Shown: piece by piece, positions 62,661 to 64,000 of the stretch
How positions within the stretch are numbered: position 1 is the first letter of the stretch
Layout of the letters: every line of letters starts with the position of its first letter
DNA from: Paragordius varius
Taxonomy: Eukaryota > Animalia > Nematomorpha
Assembly: GCA_964247055.1 (NCBI GenBank)
Contig: OZ176055.1
Coordinates: 6,510,001-6,574,000, forward strand
Length of the DNA: 64,000 bases
Reading direction: 5' to 3'
The notes under the pieces: model-generated
Database searches by the model: none
The model's input: only the letters and a program-made list of their open reading frames with translations
What the model was told of the DNA's origin: nothing
Position numbers and translations under genes: made by a program

Positions 62661-64000
62661 TAGCGTAAATCTCGTGCTGCGCAGCCCGAGGAAGTCCTTC
62701 GGACTTCTGGGGGGCTATTGGAAAAATGGGACAATAAAATGATCCACTTCGAAACATTATTTAATAGATGATTTTATAGGAATTTTAAAACGGAGCATTC
62801 ATACTAATATATAGTTTAATTGGGGGCAAAATAGATTTAAAAAATTATTTTTGTGGACTTTTTTTAAAAATGCCATTTTACGGGGGGAGCGGGTAAAAAG
62901 AGGGCCTAAATCAAAAAAGCGAGACGACTATGTTCGGCGCAATCGGAAATAAGTAAACAAAAATCATATTTGAAATTGAATGGACCAACACGTTCTCCAG
63001 AAAATTGCAAATTTTTGTGGACTTCTGTTTTAAAAAAAACCGTTTTTCACACGGGGTGGGCCCGAACTGGGGGCCTATTTTAAATAAAAGGCGAAGCTAT
63101 TGTCGGGGCATTCATTAATGATTTTATTTTTTCGATGTTAGTATTTGAATGGGTCTACCGGTTTTCCGGTACCAGATCACAAAGCCAGCATTTTCCATTT
63201 TTATAAATATATAGATTACCATAAATAATGTTTTATTATCCATATATTTTTAACATCCTATGCATATGATAGATACTCCTTACTCAGCAGCTATCATCAA
63301 AGAAACGCTTGACTAGAATTTTTGCCTTTTAACATGGTATACGAAAAATCCTTATTGAATTTTTACAGTCTCATACCTAGGGCGAAAAATAGATTTAGAA
63401 AATTATTTTGTTTTTTGAAAAAAATGGCATTTTACGGGGGTAGCGGGTAAAAAGAGGGCCTAAATCAAAAAAGCGAGACGACTATGTTCAGCGCAATCGA
63501 AAATAAGTAAACAAAAATCATATTTGAAAATGAATGGTCCAACACGTTCTCCGGAAAATTGACTTAACCCATTTTTCACACGGGGTAGGCCCGAACTGGG
63601 GACCTAATTCCAAAAAAGGGCGAAGCTATTGTCAGGACATTTATTAAATATTTTTTCGATGTTTGTATTTGATTGGGTCCACCGGTTTTCCGGAAAAAGA
63701 TCACAAAGTTACATGAATCAGTTTTTAGCGGGTAGCTCCTTACCCAGCAGCTATCATCAAAGAAACGCTTGACTAAAATTTTTGCCTTTTAACAGGGAAT
63801 ACGTGGAATCCATATAGAATTTTTACGGTCTCATACCTAGGGCGAAAATAGATTTAAAAATATTTTTTTGTATACTTTGTTTTTTGAAAAAAATGGCATT
63901 TTACGGGGGGAGCGGGTAAAAAGAGGGCCTAAATCAAAAAAGCGAGACGACTATGTTTAGCGCAATCGAAAATAAGTAAACAAAAATCATATTTGAAATT
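62660..64000 (-). mobile_element. Helitron with a head-to-tail tandem array of ~470-550 bp units, running off the window
   Basis: 3' hairpin plus CTAG|T abuts an (AT)n tract at 62660. Unit anchors at 62881, 63435 and 63904. An internal 5'-terminus motif sits at 63215. Confidence 0.85.

Noticed and set aside
1-64000. rRNA, tRNA or snRNA genes
   Set aside because: I saw no cloverleaf, rRNA-conserved or Sm-site-bearing structured segments by eye. A covariance-model scan would be needed to exclude short ncRNAs.

Overview
Very AT-rich animal-type eukaryotic genomic DNA with the standard genetic code and GT-AG introns. I found no rRNA, tRNA or CRISPR array. I assembled spliced genes by hand: JAGN1 (+), TMEM67/meckelin (+), KIDINS220 (-), an NCBP2AS2-like microprotein (+), SDR39U1 (+), a small secreted double-Kunitz protein (-) and ZNHIT2 (+). 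Also present are the first exon of a RIM/UNC-10-like gene (+), an orphan ~620-codon alpha-solenoid exon (-, tentatively NUP188-like) and a decayed SLC16-like pseudogene (-). Introns and spacers are filled with Helitron, hAT-Buster, piggyBac-like, Tc1/mariner-like and unclassified MITEs plus RTE LINE fragments. Four things stand out. (1) About a dozen 23-30 nt spliceosomal micro-introns coexist with kb-long TE-filled introns. (2) Same-strand genes are packed 27-142 nt apart and several start codons sit just after unpaired acceptor-like sites, suggesting operons and SL trans-splicing. (3) A tandem Kunitz protein has two domains that appear to share one cysteine. (4) The meckelin has lost most of its cysteine-rich domain and gained a ~350-aa low-complexity cytoplasmic insert. 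All homology calls come from remembered family motifs, not from database searches.
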